64,000 nt of DNA from Nitrosopumilaceae archaeon (GTDB lineage: Archaea > Thermoproteota > Nitrososphaeria > Nitrososphaerales > Nitrosopumilaceae). Under the pieces are notes generated by a model. The model was not told where the DNA came from and searched no databases. It saw only the letters and a program-made list of their open reading frames with translations. The position numbers and the translations under genes are program-made. The DNA lies in the NCBI GenBank assembly GCA_965214835.1, contig CBDCCK010000002.1, positions 1,184,001 to 1,248,000 of the forward strand, read 5' to 3'. Shown one piece after another: positions 9,604 to 19,499 of this stretch (the stretch's first letter is position 1; every line of letters begins with the position of its first letter).

Positions 9604-9699
9604 CGTGACATCCCATGATCCATTGCTCTTTTGGCGGTCAGGATTCGTTGATTATCCTGATGATTTTTGACCGGGTTTCAAATTTTAGGCATGGCTGTG

Positions 9700-9962
9700 C
9701 AACAGCAGATAACGCGTCATACCACAAGTCCAAGGGTGTGAGGGAGACGCTGGAAAAGTATGATGATGAGATAATAACACTAGAGTTCTTGCTGCCATAC
9801 ACGCCGGAGCTCAACCCAGTCGAGATACTGTACAGGGAGATAAAGCGGAGGCTGTTTGCCAGGATATTTGAGACACTTGATGAGATGGAACGATCCGTGC
9901 GAAGGCTGTTTGCCAGGCGCGAGATCCTTCCGGTAAAGATGTTCCAATGCCTGACGTGCTGA
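9700..9962 (+). pseudogene. IS630 transposase C-terminal fragment
   Basis: DNASYHKS, LLPYTPELNPVE motifs. Confidence 0.8.
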
Positions 9963-10091
9963 CTGCCGCCGCAGCAATCTGCCGCATTCCTTGATGCCGG
10001 GTTTATAGTGACGATTGAAAGTCTTTCATCAAAAAACGCATTCCTGCATAATTCACACCCATACGTTCCCAAAAACTTCTAGTCGTCACCA

Positions 10092-10258
10092 TAGTACGCC
10101 TTGCGAAGGCGTGAGCGCTTTGCCTGGCAGGAATTTGTTCTGTGATGCCGCGAATTCTGCATGTTTTCTCATGCGCGTGCGTGTGGTTTGCCTGATTCTA
10201 GATCTTTGGACCCAAAGCAGCTGTCAGAACCATCCGTTTTTTTATGTGTTGACTACAG
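10092..10258. repeat. ~167-bp dispersed repeat/MITE (family D), copy 1
   Basis: Reverse-complement homologue of 31864-32031. Confidence 0.7.
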
Positions 10259-10587
10259 CTTGCCAAGCAGCCAGTCGGCGCCGGGGCTGCGGCCCGCAGA
10301 ATCCCGGAGCGTCTCCGCGGCCTGCCCGGCGCACATGCGCTCCCTGGACATCGTTGCCAGAAGAGCCGCCGCATCCACCTCACTGTATATCGCGTTGGGC
10401 CTGTCGGAGAACCTCATGCCTATGGACGAGACGGCTGCCTGGTACATTTTGCGCTCCCTGTGTCCGCACAGCTGAGCAGCCTTGTCCCGTTTTGGCATGC
10501 AGGTACTGCCGGGCCCCGCCTATAGATCTGGTTCATCAGAAAAACATGTCATTTTACTGCATTTTCAGGCCACAATCGGAGCTACTG
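10259..10587 (-). pseudogene. ISH3-like transposase N-terminal fragment with left end
   Basis: CAGTAGC end at 10587; PNAIYSEVD..SPGADWLL resembles fragment at 41591-41899. Confidence 0.5.
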
Positions 10588-10756
10588 TGCGTAAACGAAA
10601 TTAGTGGCGTTGCCCCCGGCACCCGGGCTACAAAGAGCGGGTGTGGCAGGAGCCGGCGCACGCGTGACGGCGCCTCACCACGTTGAAAATATTTGATCAA
10701 GCCTGCAAGTGTTTTCAGTCGGTTGATTTAGATCCGGGATCCATTCCGGCGCACGC

Positions 10757-11092
10757 GTGACGGCAAAGTCCGAGACCGAGCTGATACGACGGCTGAGGAA
10801 GAGGATCAGGCAGGACGGCAGGAGGCACGAGAAGGATCAGGATAGGATGGAACAGCTGGAGCAGCGGCTGGACACTGAACGCCGGATGTGGCCCGCAACC
10901 TGGAATGACGACAGGCGCTCCGCGGACAACGCCGCCCTCATGCACAGGCTCGAGGTGCTCGAGGACATAATCGGCGGCGGGTCCCTGCAGCCCACCACGT
11001 CGATGGACCGCCGCCAGTTTGACTATACATCCGCCCGGTTTACGAATCTTGCCAAAAAGCATACAGGGGGTAGTCCTGATCGCCGCGTCTGA
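10757..11092 (+). pseudogene. Probable IS5-family transposase N-terminal fragment
   Basis: Coiled coil plus TSMDRRQFDY; partial TIR TGTGCGTAAACGA at ~10586 matches the 28484 end. Confidence 0.45.
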
Positions 11093-11179
11093 TGCAGCAC
11101 ATGGCGGAGACAAGACCGAAAGGCCTGAAGGCGTACGGGAGGGAAAAGGATCCCGCGGGTCGGGGGCCGGGATGCCGCG

Positions 11180-12268
11180 TCACCCTAGCCCGATTCCCTT
11201 GAGAATCCCAACGAGCCTTTCGGCGGCCACGACGTTGTCCCAGCTGTCCCGTACGAACCTGCGCCCGTGCCTCCCCATCTCCTGCGCCCCATCTGCGTCG
11301 CCCAGCAACTGTGAAATTCTTTCTATCCATCCCACATGATCCCCCTGTCTGACCAGAAACCCGGTCTTGCCGTCCAGCATCGTCGCCGATATGTAGTCGC
11401 TATCGGTGGCGATCGCCGGCACCCCAATGGACATTGCCATTTTCAGCGAGTACGGCGACATTTCTATGGCGCTGGCAAGGCCGTAGATGTCGATCGAGGA
11501 TAGGTACTCCCTGAGCCTGTCGGGGTATTCGAGCGCCCCCAGCCACTCAAAGTTGTCGTATCCGGCCAGCTGTTCGAGTACCCTGTCGCGGTACCGTCCG
11601 TCGCCGGCACAGTAGAACGTCACGTGCGGGAGTGCCTTGACGACCCGGCGCAGGACCAGCATCTCCTTTGCCTTGAACCACTCGTTGGCATACTGCAACA
11701 GGCCCACGCACGGATGCTTCAGCGCCATGCCCCTGCCATTGCGTCCGTCGCCGCTCCAATAGTCCGTATCTATGCTGGAATAGGGGAACGTCGCCACGCT
11801 GCTTCGAGGGTAGTGCTTCCTTATGGTATCGGCTATGGAGTCGGTCTCGGCAAGTATGACCGAGGCCCTCCTCAGGCAGGGATTCATCATGCGGGCCCGT
11901 ACGGCATGATATATGCTGCGATAAACCATCCTGTCCTTTCTTTCCATTTCCCGGTACGACCAGTTGTCCCAGAAATACACCAGCACCGGTATTTTTTTGC
12001 AGGCTGCAACCGGCCCCAGCTCGTTTGGCAGGTCAGGCACTACGGCGTCGGGTTCGAACTCGTCGAGCAGCCGCTCAAAGCGCCTTTTCTTTGACGTGTT
12101 CAGTACCGGAAGCCTAGCCATGACGTTTCCCAGATACTCCCTGCGTACGACCCTCCTGCACTCGATGCCGCGCTTTTCCAGGTTTTTTATGAGCTTGTCC
12201 TGCAGTATCCATTTTGAGTTCGAGCCGGGCGTGGAGTCCTGGCCTGTGGCAACAAAGAGCAGCCTCAT
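11180..12268 (-). CDS. Glycosyltransferase family 4
   Basis: AGDG, E.SPYSLKMAMSIGVPAIATD, DGKTGFLV GT-B motifs. Confidence 0.85.
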   Translation of the reverse strand: MRLLFVATGQDSTPGSNSKWILQDKLIKNLEKRGIECRRVVRREYLGNVMARLPVLNTSKKRRFERLLDEFEPDAVVPDLPNELGPVAACKKIPVLVYFWDNWSYREMERKDRMVYRSIYHAVRARMMNPCLRRASVILAETDSIADTIRKHYPRSSVATFPYSSIDTDYWSGDGRNGRGMALKHPCVGLLQYANEWFKAKEMLVLRRVVKALPHVTFYCAGDGRYRDRVLEQLAGYDNFEWLGALEYPDRLREYLSSIDIYGLASAIEMSPYSLKMAMSIGVPAIATDSDYISATMLDGKTGFLVRQGDHVGWIERISQLLGDADGAQEMGRHGRRFVRDSWDNVVAAERLVGILKGIGLG

Positions 12269-12458
12269 GGCGGGGCTTGTTCCCCTTGGTTAATAAGCCG
12301 TGTGCAGGTGTATTGTGGTGGCGATCAAAAGTTCTTGGACACATGGGGGATGAGCTGCGCAGGAAGGGCGCTTTTTGACGATCAAAGGCCTTCAATCCTC
12401 AGCATGGGCGTCCATTGCTGACTTGTTTTAAATAGGATAGACAGATTTCTGAATCTGC

Positions 12459-13508
12459 ATGAATGGCGTCTCGGATCTGCTCACGGTAGAATGGAGGAAC
12501 GACAAGGTCGTGATGGTTGATCAGACGAGGCTTCCCGGCGAGCTGGTCTTTGTAGAGTATGACGATTACAACCAAGTCGCCGATGCGATACGGACCCTGG
12601 TGGTCAGGGGCGCGCCCGCAATCGGGGTCTCCGGGGCGTTCGGCCTGGCCCTTGCGTCACTTCAAAGCAAGGCGGCCACCAGGGACGAGCTGATCTCAGA
12701 CCTGCAAAAGGCAAGACAGGTCCTCCATGACACCCGTCCTACGGCAGTCAACCTCGCCTGGGGACTGGATCAGATAATGAAGGTTGCAGACCGCGCAAGC
12801 TCCGTCGAGGAGATCAGGACATCCCTAGTCGCCGAGGCAAAAAGGATGGCAGATCAGGACGTCAAAATCAACAAGGCCATGGGAAGACACGGCGCCGGGC
12901 TGTTCGAAGACAACGATACCATAATGACCCACTGCAATGCGGGCGCGCTGGCCACCGTCGCATACGGCACGGCCCTGGGCGTCATTCGCGCCGTTCGCGA
13001 CAGCGGCAAAAACGTCAAGGTGATAGCCACCGAGACGAGGCCCGTCCAGCAGGGCTCCCGGCTGACTGCCTTTGAGCTAAAGCATGACGGGTTTGATGTC
13101 AGCCTCATTCCTGACACCGCGGTGGGCTATTCGATGGCCAACGGCCTGGTGACCCGCGTCGTCGTGGGCGCCGACAGGGTTCTTAGAACCGGCCACGTAT
13201 TCAACAAAATCGGGACATACCAGGTGGCCACCATGGCAAAACAGCACAGCGTGCCGTTCTATGTGGCAGCCCCCATGTCCACGTTTGACATGAAGAGCGG
13301 CCCCGACGATGTCGTCATAGAGATGAGAAAGGCGGCCGAGGTCACCCGGACAGGCGGCAAAAAGACCGCCCCTGACGGCATCAACGTCATAAATCCGGCC
13401 TTTGATGTCACCCCCCCGGGGCTGATTGCCGGGATTATAACCGAAAAGGGCATAGCGGGGCCTCCTCTTGAGGAGAGCATCAAAAAATTATTCGAAGCTA
13501 ATTTTTAA
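12459..13508 (+). CDS. mtnA: Methylthioribose-1-phosphate isomerase
   Basis: VRGAPAIG, TRPTAVNL, THCNAGALAT, ETRPVQQG, NKIGTY. Confidence 0.92.
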   Translation: MNGVSDLLTVEWRNDKVVMVDQTRLPGELVFVEYDDYNQVADAIRTLVVRGAPAIGVSGAFGLALASLQSKAATRDELISDLQKARQVLHDTRPTAVNLAWGLDQIMKVADRASSVEEIRTSLVAEAKRMADQDVKINKAMGRHGAGLFEDNDTIMTHCNAGALATVAYGTALGVIRAVRDSGKNVKVIATETRPVQQGSRLTAFELKHDGFDVSLIPDTAVGYSMANGLVTRVVVGADRVLRTGHVFNKIGTYQVATMAKQHSVPFYVAAPMSTFDMKSGPDDVVIEMRKAAEVTRTGGKKTAPDGINVINPAFDVTPPGLIAGIITEKGIAGPPLEESIKKLFEANF

Positions 13509-13542
13509 AAAGTTTTTATTGTTTTCAGAATTGCCCTACAAT

Positions 13543-14184
13543 GTGAGTGCGGTAACCCCGGAGGCAATTGAGACATCGCTAAAGCAGTGCATGGATCCAG
13601 AGGTCCCGCTGAACATCGTGGAGATGGGCCTGGTCTACGGAATCGACGTAAAGCCCACCAACGACGTCAACATCAAAATGACGATGACCACGCAGGGGTG
13701 TCCGCTGCACGAGACGCTGGTCCAGGATGTCACCCGCTATGCCAGGAAGGTTCCCGGCGTAAACAGCGTCAATGTGGAGATTGTATGGGATCCGCCGTGG
13801 ACCATGGACAAGATGACAGACGGCGCAAAAGAGAAGATAAAAAACATGGGCACGGGGCTTGCAGCGACGCCTGCCCCGATCAACTACGAGACTGCAGCGC
13901 CGCAGGGCGTAGGAAAGCTTGTCAAGCAGGAGGACGGCTCGATGGTACTGGCCAACGAACACGAGCAGGGATTCATGGTAAACCAGGCAATAGTTGACTT
14001 TTGGAAGTCATGCAACGGCCAGCGAAAAATCACGGAACTGGTAGACGTGTTTGCACGGCAGACCGGCCTGCAGAGAAGCCAGGTTGAAAAGGAGGTGATG
14101 CAGCTGGTGCAGCAGCTGCGCGACGGCGGCCTCTTGGTAATTCCTAGCCAGCCTAGCGCCCCAAACGTTGACTTTAAAAAATAA
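13543..14184 (+). CDS. DUF59/SufT-like Fe-S assembly domain fused to PqqD-like domain
   Basis: DPEVPLNIVEMGLVY, TTQGCP, WDPPWT; C-terminal FMVNQAIVDFWKSCNG..L.QL.D.GL; GTG start chosen. Confidence 0.8.
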   Translation: MSAVTPEAIETSLKQCMDPEVPLNIVEMGLVYGIDVKPTNDVNIKMTMTTQGCPLHETLVQDVTRYARKVPGVNSVNVEIVWDPPWTMDKMTDGAKEKIKNMGTGLAATPAPINYETAAPQGVGKLVKQEDGSMVLANEHEQGFMVNQAIVDFWKSCNGQRKITELVDVFARQTGLQRSQVEKEVMQLVQQLRDGGLLVIPSQPSAPNVDFKK

Positions 14185-14818
14185 AGCTCGAGCTTGCACC
14201 GTCAAAGCTGATCGTAACTCCTGACAGGTACTTTATTCTGTTCTCGATTACCGACTTTACAAAGCTCCCGATCTCCTCGGGCTCTCCCAGCCTTCCCATG
14301 GGAAGGGTCTTCTCATATTCCCTTACATCCTCGATTAGCTCCCTTGTCCTGTCCGTGTTAATCGGCCCCGGCGCGATGTTGATGCAGCTGATCTCATCTT
14401 GCGCATAGTCCCTGCTGAGAATTTTGAACACCTCGGAGAATGCCGCCCTGTATGCGCATGAAATTACTAACCTTGAGCTTGGCTCCTTGATGACGCTTGA
14501 GCTTATCAGGAAAACATACCCGCCGTAATTGATTCTGATGTTCTGCAGCATGACTGCAAACCCTAGGAACAGCTGGTTGTGGTACTTTTCCCAGTCCTCC
14601 CTTGAAACCTCCCCGAATTTTTTGGGCGGAGGGCCGCCCGTGTTCAGCACCAAGACGTCGGCCTCTTTGTTTTTCTCACAGAACCGGATTACGTTTTCGA
14701 TGTCGCCGGTATCTAGCTCCGAGCTTGACGTTGCAACAACCTCGTATCCAAGGCCTGAGACTGCCCTTGCAATAGCCCTTCCTATTCCCCTTGAGCCTCC
14801 TATGACAATTGCCCTCAT
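14174..14818 (-). CDS. Short-chain dehydrogenase/reductase
   Basis: IGGSRGIG, NTGGPP, NIAPGPINT, PMGRLGEPEE. Confidence 0.88.
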   Translation of the reverse strand: MRAIVIGGSRGIGRAIARAVSGLGYEVVATSSSELDTGDIENVIRFCEKNKEADVLVLNTGGPPPKKFGEVSREDWEKYHNQLFLGFAVMLQNIRINYGGYVFLISSSVIKEPSSRLVISCAYRAAFSEVFKILSRDYAQDEISCINIAPGPINTDRTRELIEDVREYEKTLPMGRLGEPEEIGSFVKSVIENRIKYLSGVTISFDGASSSFIF

Positions 14819-14869
14819 AATGGCACATTGCCACATTAAGGATAAAAGTGGTGCCGGACAACATAAAAT

Positions 14870-15640
14870 ATGAGGATTAAAAACTTCATAAGGCGCAAGA
14901 CCCGGGAGGTTCTGTTCAGGCCCGAGTTCAAAGACGGCAGATACAAGATCTTGGGCAACTGGCTGCTGCTTGACGATGCCGATGCCCTGTCGCTGTCGCG
15001 GCTGGGAGTCTACGAGCCTGACAACACCAGATTCATACAAAAACTCAAGCCAAAAACCAGCATGGACATAGGAGCCAACCTTGGGTATTACACACTACTC
15101 ATGGCCGACAACTCGGAGAAGGTCTACTCATTTGAGCCCGAACCTGAAAACTTCAAGCGCCTGTCCGGCAACGTAGAGTTCAACAACAAGGACAACGTCA
15201 TCCTGTTCAACCAGGCCCTGGGAGATCAGACCGGCGAGGTTGACCTGCACCTGTGCCCCTACAACGCTGGAATGCACAGAACTTACGAGTCAGAATACTG
15301 CCTGGGCGGAGACATTGTCAAAGCAAGGATTGGCAGGCTGGATGATATCGGCGAGATCGACGGACAGGTCGACCTCGTCAAGATGGATGCGGAAGGGGCC
15401 GAGCCCAGCATCCTCAAAGGAATGACGAAGATTCTGGAACAAGACAATGTAATCCTGGCGGAGTTTCATGCCTATGCATTACGAGATGCAGGCCATGATC
15501 CTAGGGACTTTCTTGAGTATGCCAAGTCATTTGGCTACAAAGTAACCGACATGAAAAAGAATCCTGTTGATGCAGATAAGCTAATCGAGAAAACCGACTG
15601 CTGGAACTGCCCTAATGAGGCATTGCTGTTCAGCAAATAG
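14870..15640 (+). CDS. FkbM-family methyltransferase
   Basis: MDIGANLGYY, SFEPEP, KMDAEGAE. Confidence 0.88.
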   Translation: MRIKNFIRRKTREVLFRPEFKDGRYKILGNWLLLDDADALSLSRLGVYEPDNTRFIQKLKPKTSMDIGANLGYYTLLMADNSEKVYSFEPEPENFKRLSGNVEFNNKDNVILFNQALGDQTGEVDLHLCPYNAGMHRTYESEYCLGGDIVKARIGRLDDIGEIDGQVDLVKMDAEGAEPSILKGMTKILEQDNVILAEFHAYALRDAGHDPRDFLEYAKSFGYKVTDMKKNPVDADKLIEKTDCWNCPNEALLFSK

Positions 15641-15738
15641 CTTACAATCGCCTGTTTGGCCCAACAGTTTTTTTACGCACGGGATTGGCCTGTGAACGCT
15701 ATTTCCTTCCTGCAGGCAGTGCGCGTACACCGAGTCAG

Positions 15739-15978
15739 CTAGATCTCTTTGATTTCCGTAACTATTCCCTGCACGGAATCCATCCTGACTATCGCCTTTT
15801 TCTCGCCCCAGCCCAGGGCGACATACCAGTCCCCCGCATCCTCGTGATACCTTGTCTCCAGGGTCTTGATATTCTCGGGCTTTGCGCCGTACTGCCTTGC
15901 AATTCCCGATACTGCAAGTGCCACTGCGTCTTTTTCCTTCTCCAGGCGCCTCCTCATCAGCCCTATTCCCGGACTCAT
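15739..15978 (-). CDS. Small conserved hypothetical protein
   Basis: 79-aa ORF with protein-like composition. Confidence 0.65.
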   Translation of the reverse strand: MSPGIGLMRRRLEKEKDAVALAVSGIARQYGAKPENIKTLETRYHEDAGDWYVALGWGEKKAIVRMDSVQGIVTEIKEI

Positions 15979-16091
15979 GGCTTGTCATTGCAGAGTCCGC
16001 TAATATAGCTAATCATTTGCCTGTAGCGGGTAAAAAGCTTCAATTTCCATACATTGAAAAGCAGGATCCGATTCAAGCCACCCGTTACGCA

Positions 16092-16694
16092 ATGCTCAGA
16101 AAAATAAAGGCGGGGCAAAAACTCACCGGCGCCATCGCTGGCCGGATCGACCCTTTGATGGCCTTTGCAGGCCTGCTTGCCGTGCTTGGCACCGTGGTCG
16201 TCCTGTCAGGCGGCGTGTGGGATGCCGTCTCCCACATTTCCAACGAGCCGGAGTCTTTCTGGACGGTACAGCACCTGGTCGTGTACCTTGGGGTTGCAGC
16301 GTCATCGGCTGCCGCCCTCGTTGCACTTGCCGTGTCCAGGGCAGCCCTCCCGCGCCGGTTTTCGGCGGGGGTCAAGATACTGGCTGTCGGCGCCGCCTTG
16401 CAGGCCGTCTCCGGATTCGGCGACTCTGTATCCCATGATGTTTTTGGCATAGATGGGCTGGTGTCTCTCTCCCACCAGCCCCTTGAGCTGGGCCTGGTAC
16501 TCGTCTCACTGGCCGGACTTTTGATTTTAAAAAACCTTCAAAGCAGGCACGCCAGGAGGCTGATCCCGTTTTCAATCGCGTCATTTATCATAGCTGCCAT
16601 GTGGCTGGGATTCAACCTAGTGCTGCTTGTCGGAGGCACCCTGATGTGCCTGCCCGTCTATGAGGCGTTCTCATCAGGCTGTGCCATACTATAG
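16092..16694 (+). CDS. Hypothetical multi-pass membrane protein
   Basis: ~5 TM helices, WD..SH..ESFW..QH and D..SH..FG.D motifs. Confidence 0.7.
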   Translation: MLRKIKAGQKLTGAIAGRIDPLMAFAGLLAVLGTVVVLSGGVWDAVSHISNEPESFWTVQHLVVYLGVAASSAAALVALAVSRAALPRRFSAGVKILAVGAALQAVSGFGDSVSHDVFGIDGLVSLSHQPLELGLVLVSLAGLLILKNLQSRHARRLIPFSIASFIIAAMWLGFNLVLLVGGTLMCLPVYEAFSSGCAIL

Positions 16695-17149
16695 TCCCTC
16701 AATCTCCTGTACGATGCAACAACTACCAAAATGACTCCGGCAAGAATCATGATTCCCGGATACCGCAGTTTTTCTGCACCGGTCTGGCCGTACTCTACCT
16801 CAAAATATACCGCATTGCTTGAAAGGTTTGTCGCCTTGACGGAGAAAACGCCGTCCTGTTCGATATCAAAATAGTTTATCGCCATCCTGGTCTCTACCTT
16901 CTTGTCCGCAATGATGTTCTCGCCGGGATCTATGACCTGAACAAATATCGGCTCTCCCCCGAAATTCGGAGAGTAAACCCTGAAGAATCCAATGTCCCCT
17001 GCCTCCAAGTACTGCTCGCTGGATCCCGTTTGGGCGATATCCAGTATGAACGACTCTGTGGTCTTTTGAGCCCCCGCAAACAGGAATGCAGTAACCCCTA
17101 TTCCCATGACTGTGACTGCCAGTCCAAGCCTGAATAGCGTAAGGCGCAT
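16658..17149 (-). CDS. Hypothetical membrane protein
   Basis: N- and C-terminal TM helices flanking a beta-rich domain. Confidence 0.7.
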   Translation of the reverse strand: MRLTLFRLGLAVTVMGIGVTAFLFAGAQKTTESFILDIAQTGSSEQYLEAGDIGFFRVYSPNFGGEPIFVQVIDPGENIIADKKVETRMAINYFDIEQDGVFSVKATNLSSNAVYFEVEYGQTGAEKLRYPGIMILAGVILVVVASYRRLRDYSMAQPDENAS

Positions 17150-17207
17150 AGCCCGAGTGTGCAGCCTGCCCCATTAAAATTCTAAAGCTGAAGGAAGGTT
17201 GATTCAA

Positions 17208-17282
17208 AGGGCTCGGAGGGCTTCGATCCCTCGACCTGGCGGTCCGAAGCCGCCCGCACTATCCTGACTGTGCTACGAGTCC
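17208..17282 (-). tRNA. tRNA-Arg(TCG)
   Basis: GGACTCG..GGCGG-CTTCGGA-CCGCC..GAGGG-ATCGAAG-CCCTC-CGAGCCC cloverleaf. Confidence 0.9.
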
Positions 17283-17733
17283 AATCAAGTAAGAATTTGA
17301 CGGGCCTAAATACCTGTCTGGTCGCACAGTCATCCGGGGCGTGCCCCCCGGAGGTACCGGCAGAGGGGGGGGGGCCTTTTGGCGGCAGCCTTGTCACTGC
17401 AAGGGCATGTAGGGGAGGTCATGGCGCATGACATGATCGCATGGCCTTGTATTTCCTGGCAGTGGGCGTCGCTGACACTGCATCTGTGTTGAAAACAGCC
17501 TTGAGATGATGACCGGCGGCCCTGTTACTTGGGCGAATCAGCACACGCCAGAGCCGTATCCTCCACGACCATGGGCCGTAGACTCGGAGTCAAGCCCAGA
17601 ACCCCCTGAGGCTTCGCTCGGGTGCATGCTGCCAGTCATGAGTTCTTGAAGATCATATGCCTGCCTGTGGGGCGTCTGACCGTGAAATGTTTCAAGAGCC
17701 CCTGCCTGCCAGCATGCTGCCATTGTACCGGGA

Positions 17734-19253
17734 GTAAGAGTTTACCCCTCAGGCGACGCTGCCAGTCAGGGTCTTGACGACCATCTCCCTCACGCCGCAT
17801 CCCCGGGCGCGCCAGTTCATCGCGCATGTCATCAGTACGGTGAACATCTCCATGCCTTCCATGGTACGGAGTCCCTGGAATATCTTGCGTGCAATTACGG
17901 ACGGCCTCAGCATGCGCTCGGCCAGGTTGTTGGTGGGCTCCATGCCCGGGTATAGCACGAACGTGTACAGGTATTCCGAGGCGTTCCCAAGCTTTGTGGC
18001 AAAGCTCTCGCATCCGGCCTCCCTGCCGAATGCCTCGGCCAGCCCGCGCGTTTCTGCCACCAGCATGTCGTGCTGGGCGGCGCCCTCCGGTGGCCCCAGC
18101 CCCTTGGCATGGATAAACTTTTTCTTGAGGGCCACATACAGCGCGTGGGCCTGCCGGGAAACCTTGCCGGCCTCCCTGGCCTCCCGGAGTATGTGGGCCC
18201 AGCACCACTGCCTGATCTTGAATGCGGCGTATACGCCGTACCCGTCGACTGTGACCGGTTTGTCATAATATGGAAAGTTCATGTCAACTACGGCCCTGCC
18301 CCTGCTGGGTGCGGCCAGCGTGTGGATCCCGGTGACGGTGCCGTCACCTTTTCTTCCCACGACCACCCATATGCGGGCCGTCCTGCCGTTGTATGGCATG
18401 GCAGTCTCGTCAATATGCAGATAATCAGAATCCCTGATGGCTTGCTTGATGCTCTCTACGCCGGGCTTTATCGCATTGGCGCCGGCCCTCAGGCACTGCA
18501 GCACGCCTGCCTCTGAGACGTCCATGCCCAGGATCTCAGAGCACAGCGTGGCCGTGGCCTGTATGGAGGCAGGTGCCACGTGTATTGCAGTCATCATCCC
18601 CGTGATGTTTGGTCCAAATTCTGTTCCCGGCACGTTCCATGACCTGTCGTCCTCGACGGACTCGTGGCCGCAGTCGGCGCATTTGCGCCTGTATGCGGTG
18701 TGCTGTGTCGTGACCGGCTCGGGCCTCCTAGGGGTCTCGGTCACAAGCTTGGAGAACATCTTTTCGGGCTTTTTCATGTTGGTGCCGCCGCACTTGCCGC
18801 ACTTTTTGGGGCAGTGCTTTACAAACTCGGTCGGCTTTCTCTTGTGTGATACCCCCTCGTGTTCCGATTTGCGGCCCGGTTTTGCCTTTGCAGGTGCGGG
18901 CACGCCGCCTGATGCCTTTGCGGCGGCGGCCTTTTTCTGCCTGGTCGGAATCGAGTTCTGCGAGGAGGGGGTGTGCGGGTTTTCGTAATATTTGATGTGC
19001 TGTCTGAGCTGCAGGTTTTCTGCCTCCAGCATCGCGATTCGTGCCATGGCCTCGGCCAGCTGTGTGGCCAGCTCCCCGTTTCTTGTGGCAAACTCCCTTT
19101 TCATCTTGCCAATCTCCGCTATGAGGCGGGCTATCTCGTCGCGCAGTATCTTGACCTCCGAGCCTGATGACATGCGTTTTTCTAGGTAATGCTATCTTAT
19201 AGATCGGGTGGTCAGGAAGAATTCACCAAGTAGGTGAAGGGGTAAACTCATAC
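17734..19253 (-). mobile_element. IS66-family element, copy 2
   Basis: TIRs GTAAGAGTTTACCCC / GGGGTAAACTCATAC; perfect 9-bp TSD GTACCGGGA (17725-17733, 19254-19262). Confidence 0.93.
17749..19173 (-). CDS. IS66 family transposase
   Basis: Near-identical to 1961-3565 beyond the N-terminus. Confidence 0.92.
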   Translation of the reverse strand: MSSGSEVKILRDEIARLIAEIGKMKREFATRNGELATQLAEAMARIAMLEAENLQLRQHIKYYENPHTPSSQNSIPTRQKKAAAAKASGGVPAPAKAKPGRKSEHEGVSHKRKPTEFVKHCPKKCGKCGGTNMKKPEKMFSKLVTETPRRPEPVTTQHTAYRRKCADCGHESVEDDRSWNVPGTEFGPNITGMMTAIHVAPASIQATATLCSEILGMDVSEAGVLQCLRAGANAIKPGVESIKQAIRDSDYLHIDETAMPYNGRTARIWVVVGRKGDGTVTGIHTLAAPSRGRAVVDMNFPYYDKPVTVDGYGVYAAFKIRQWCWAHILREAREAGKVSRQAHALYVALKKKFIHAKGLGPPEGAAQHDMLVAETRGLAEAFGREAGCESFATKLGNASEYLYTFVLYPGMEPTNNLAERMLRPSVIARKIFQGLRTMEGMEMFTVLMTCAMNWRARGCGVREMVVKTLTGSVA

Positions 19254-19377
19254 GTACCGGGAGCCCACAAGGCCTAAAATGCAACACACCCTGCAGTACT
19301 TGAGCTCCAGTCAGGCGGTGCTGGCATTGTGCCTGCCTTTTTTCAATTAACAGCAAAAAATTCCCGGAGGCCAGATC

Positions 19378-19496
19378 CGGACTTTAAGACATGTTCTGGT
19401 TCATGGCGGTGCGGACGGCCGCATGCGAGCCTGCATGATGCCCAATGGGCTGTTTCGAATTTGGAACCGTTTTATGGGGCACTTTTGGGAGGACTT
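19378..19496. mobile_element. Degenerate family B (ISH3-like) MITE directly upstream of aminotransferase
   Basis: Aligns with 48030-48150 and with the reverse complement of 1805-1926; ends TTTTGGGAGGACT. Confidence 0.65.
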
Positions 19497-19499
19497 GCA

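Noticed and set aside
17400-17725. Gene interrupted by IS66 copy 2
   Set aside because: Short stop-containing frames with no recognisable family; cannot be supported.
19329-19499. N-terminal extension of the aminotransferase in the ORF track
   Set aside because: It runs through a MITE; family similarity starts at TTG 19500.
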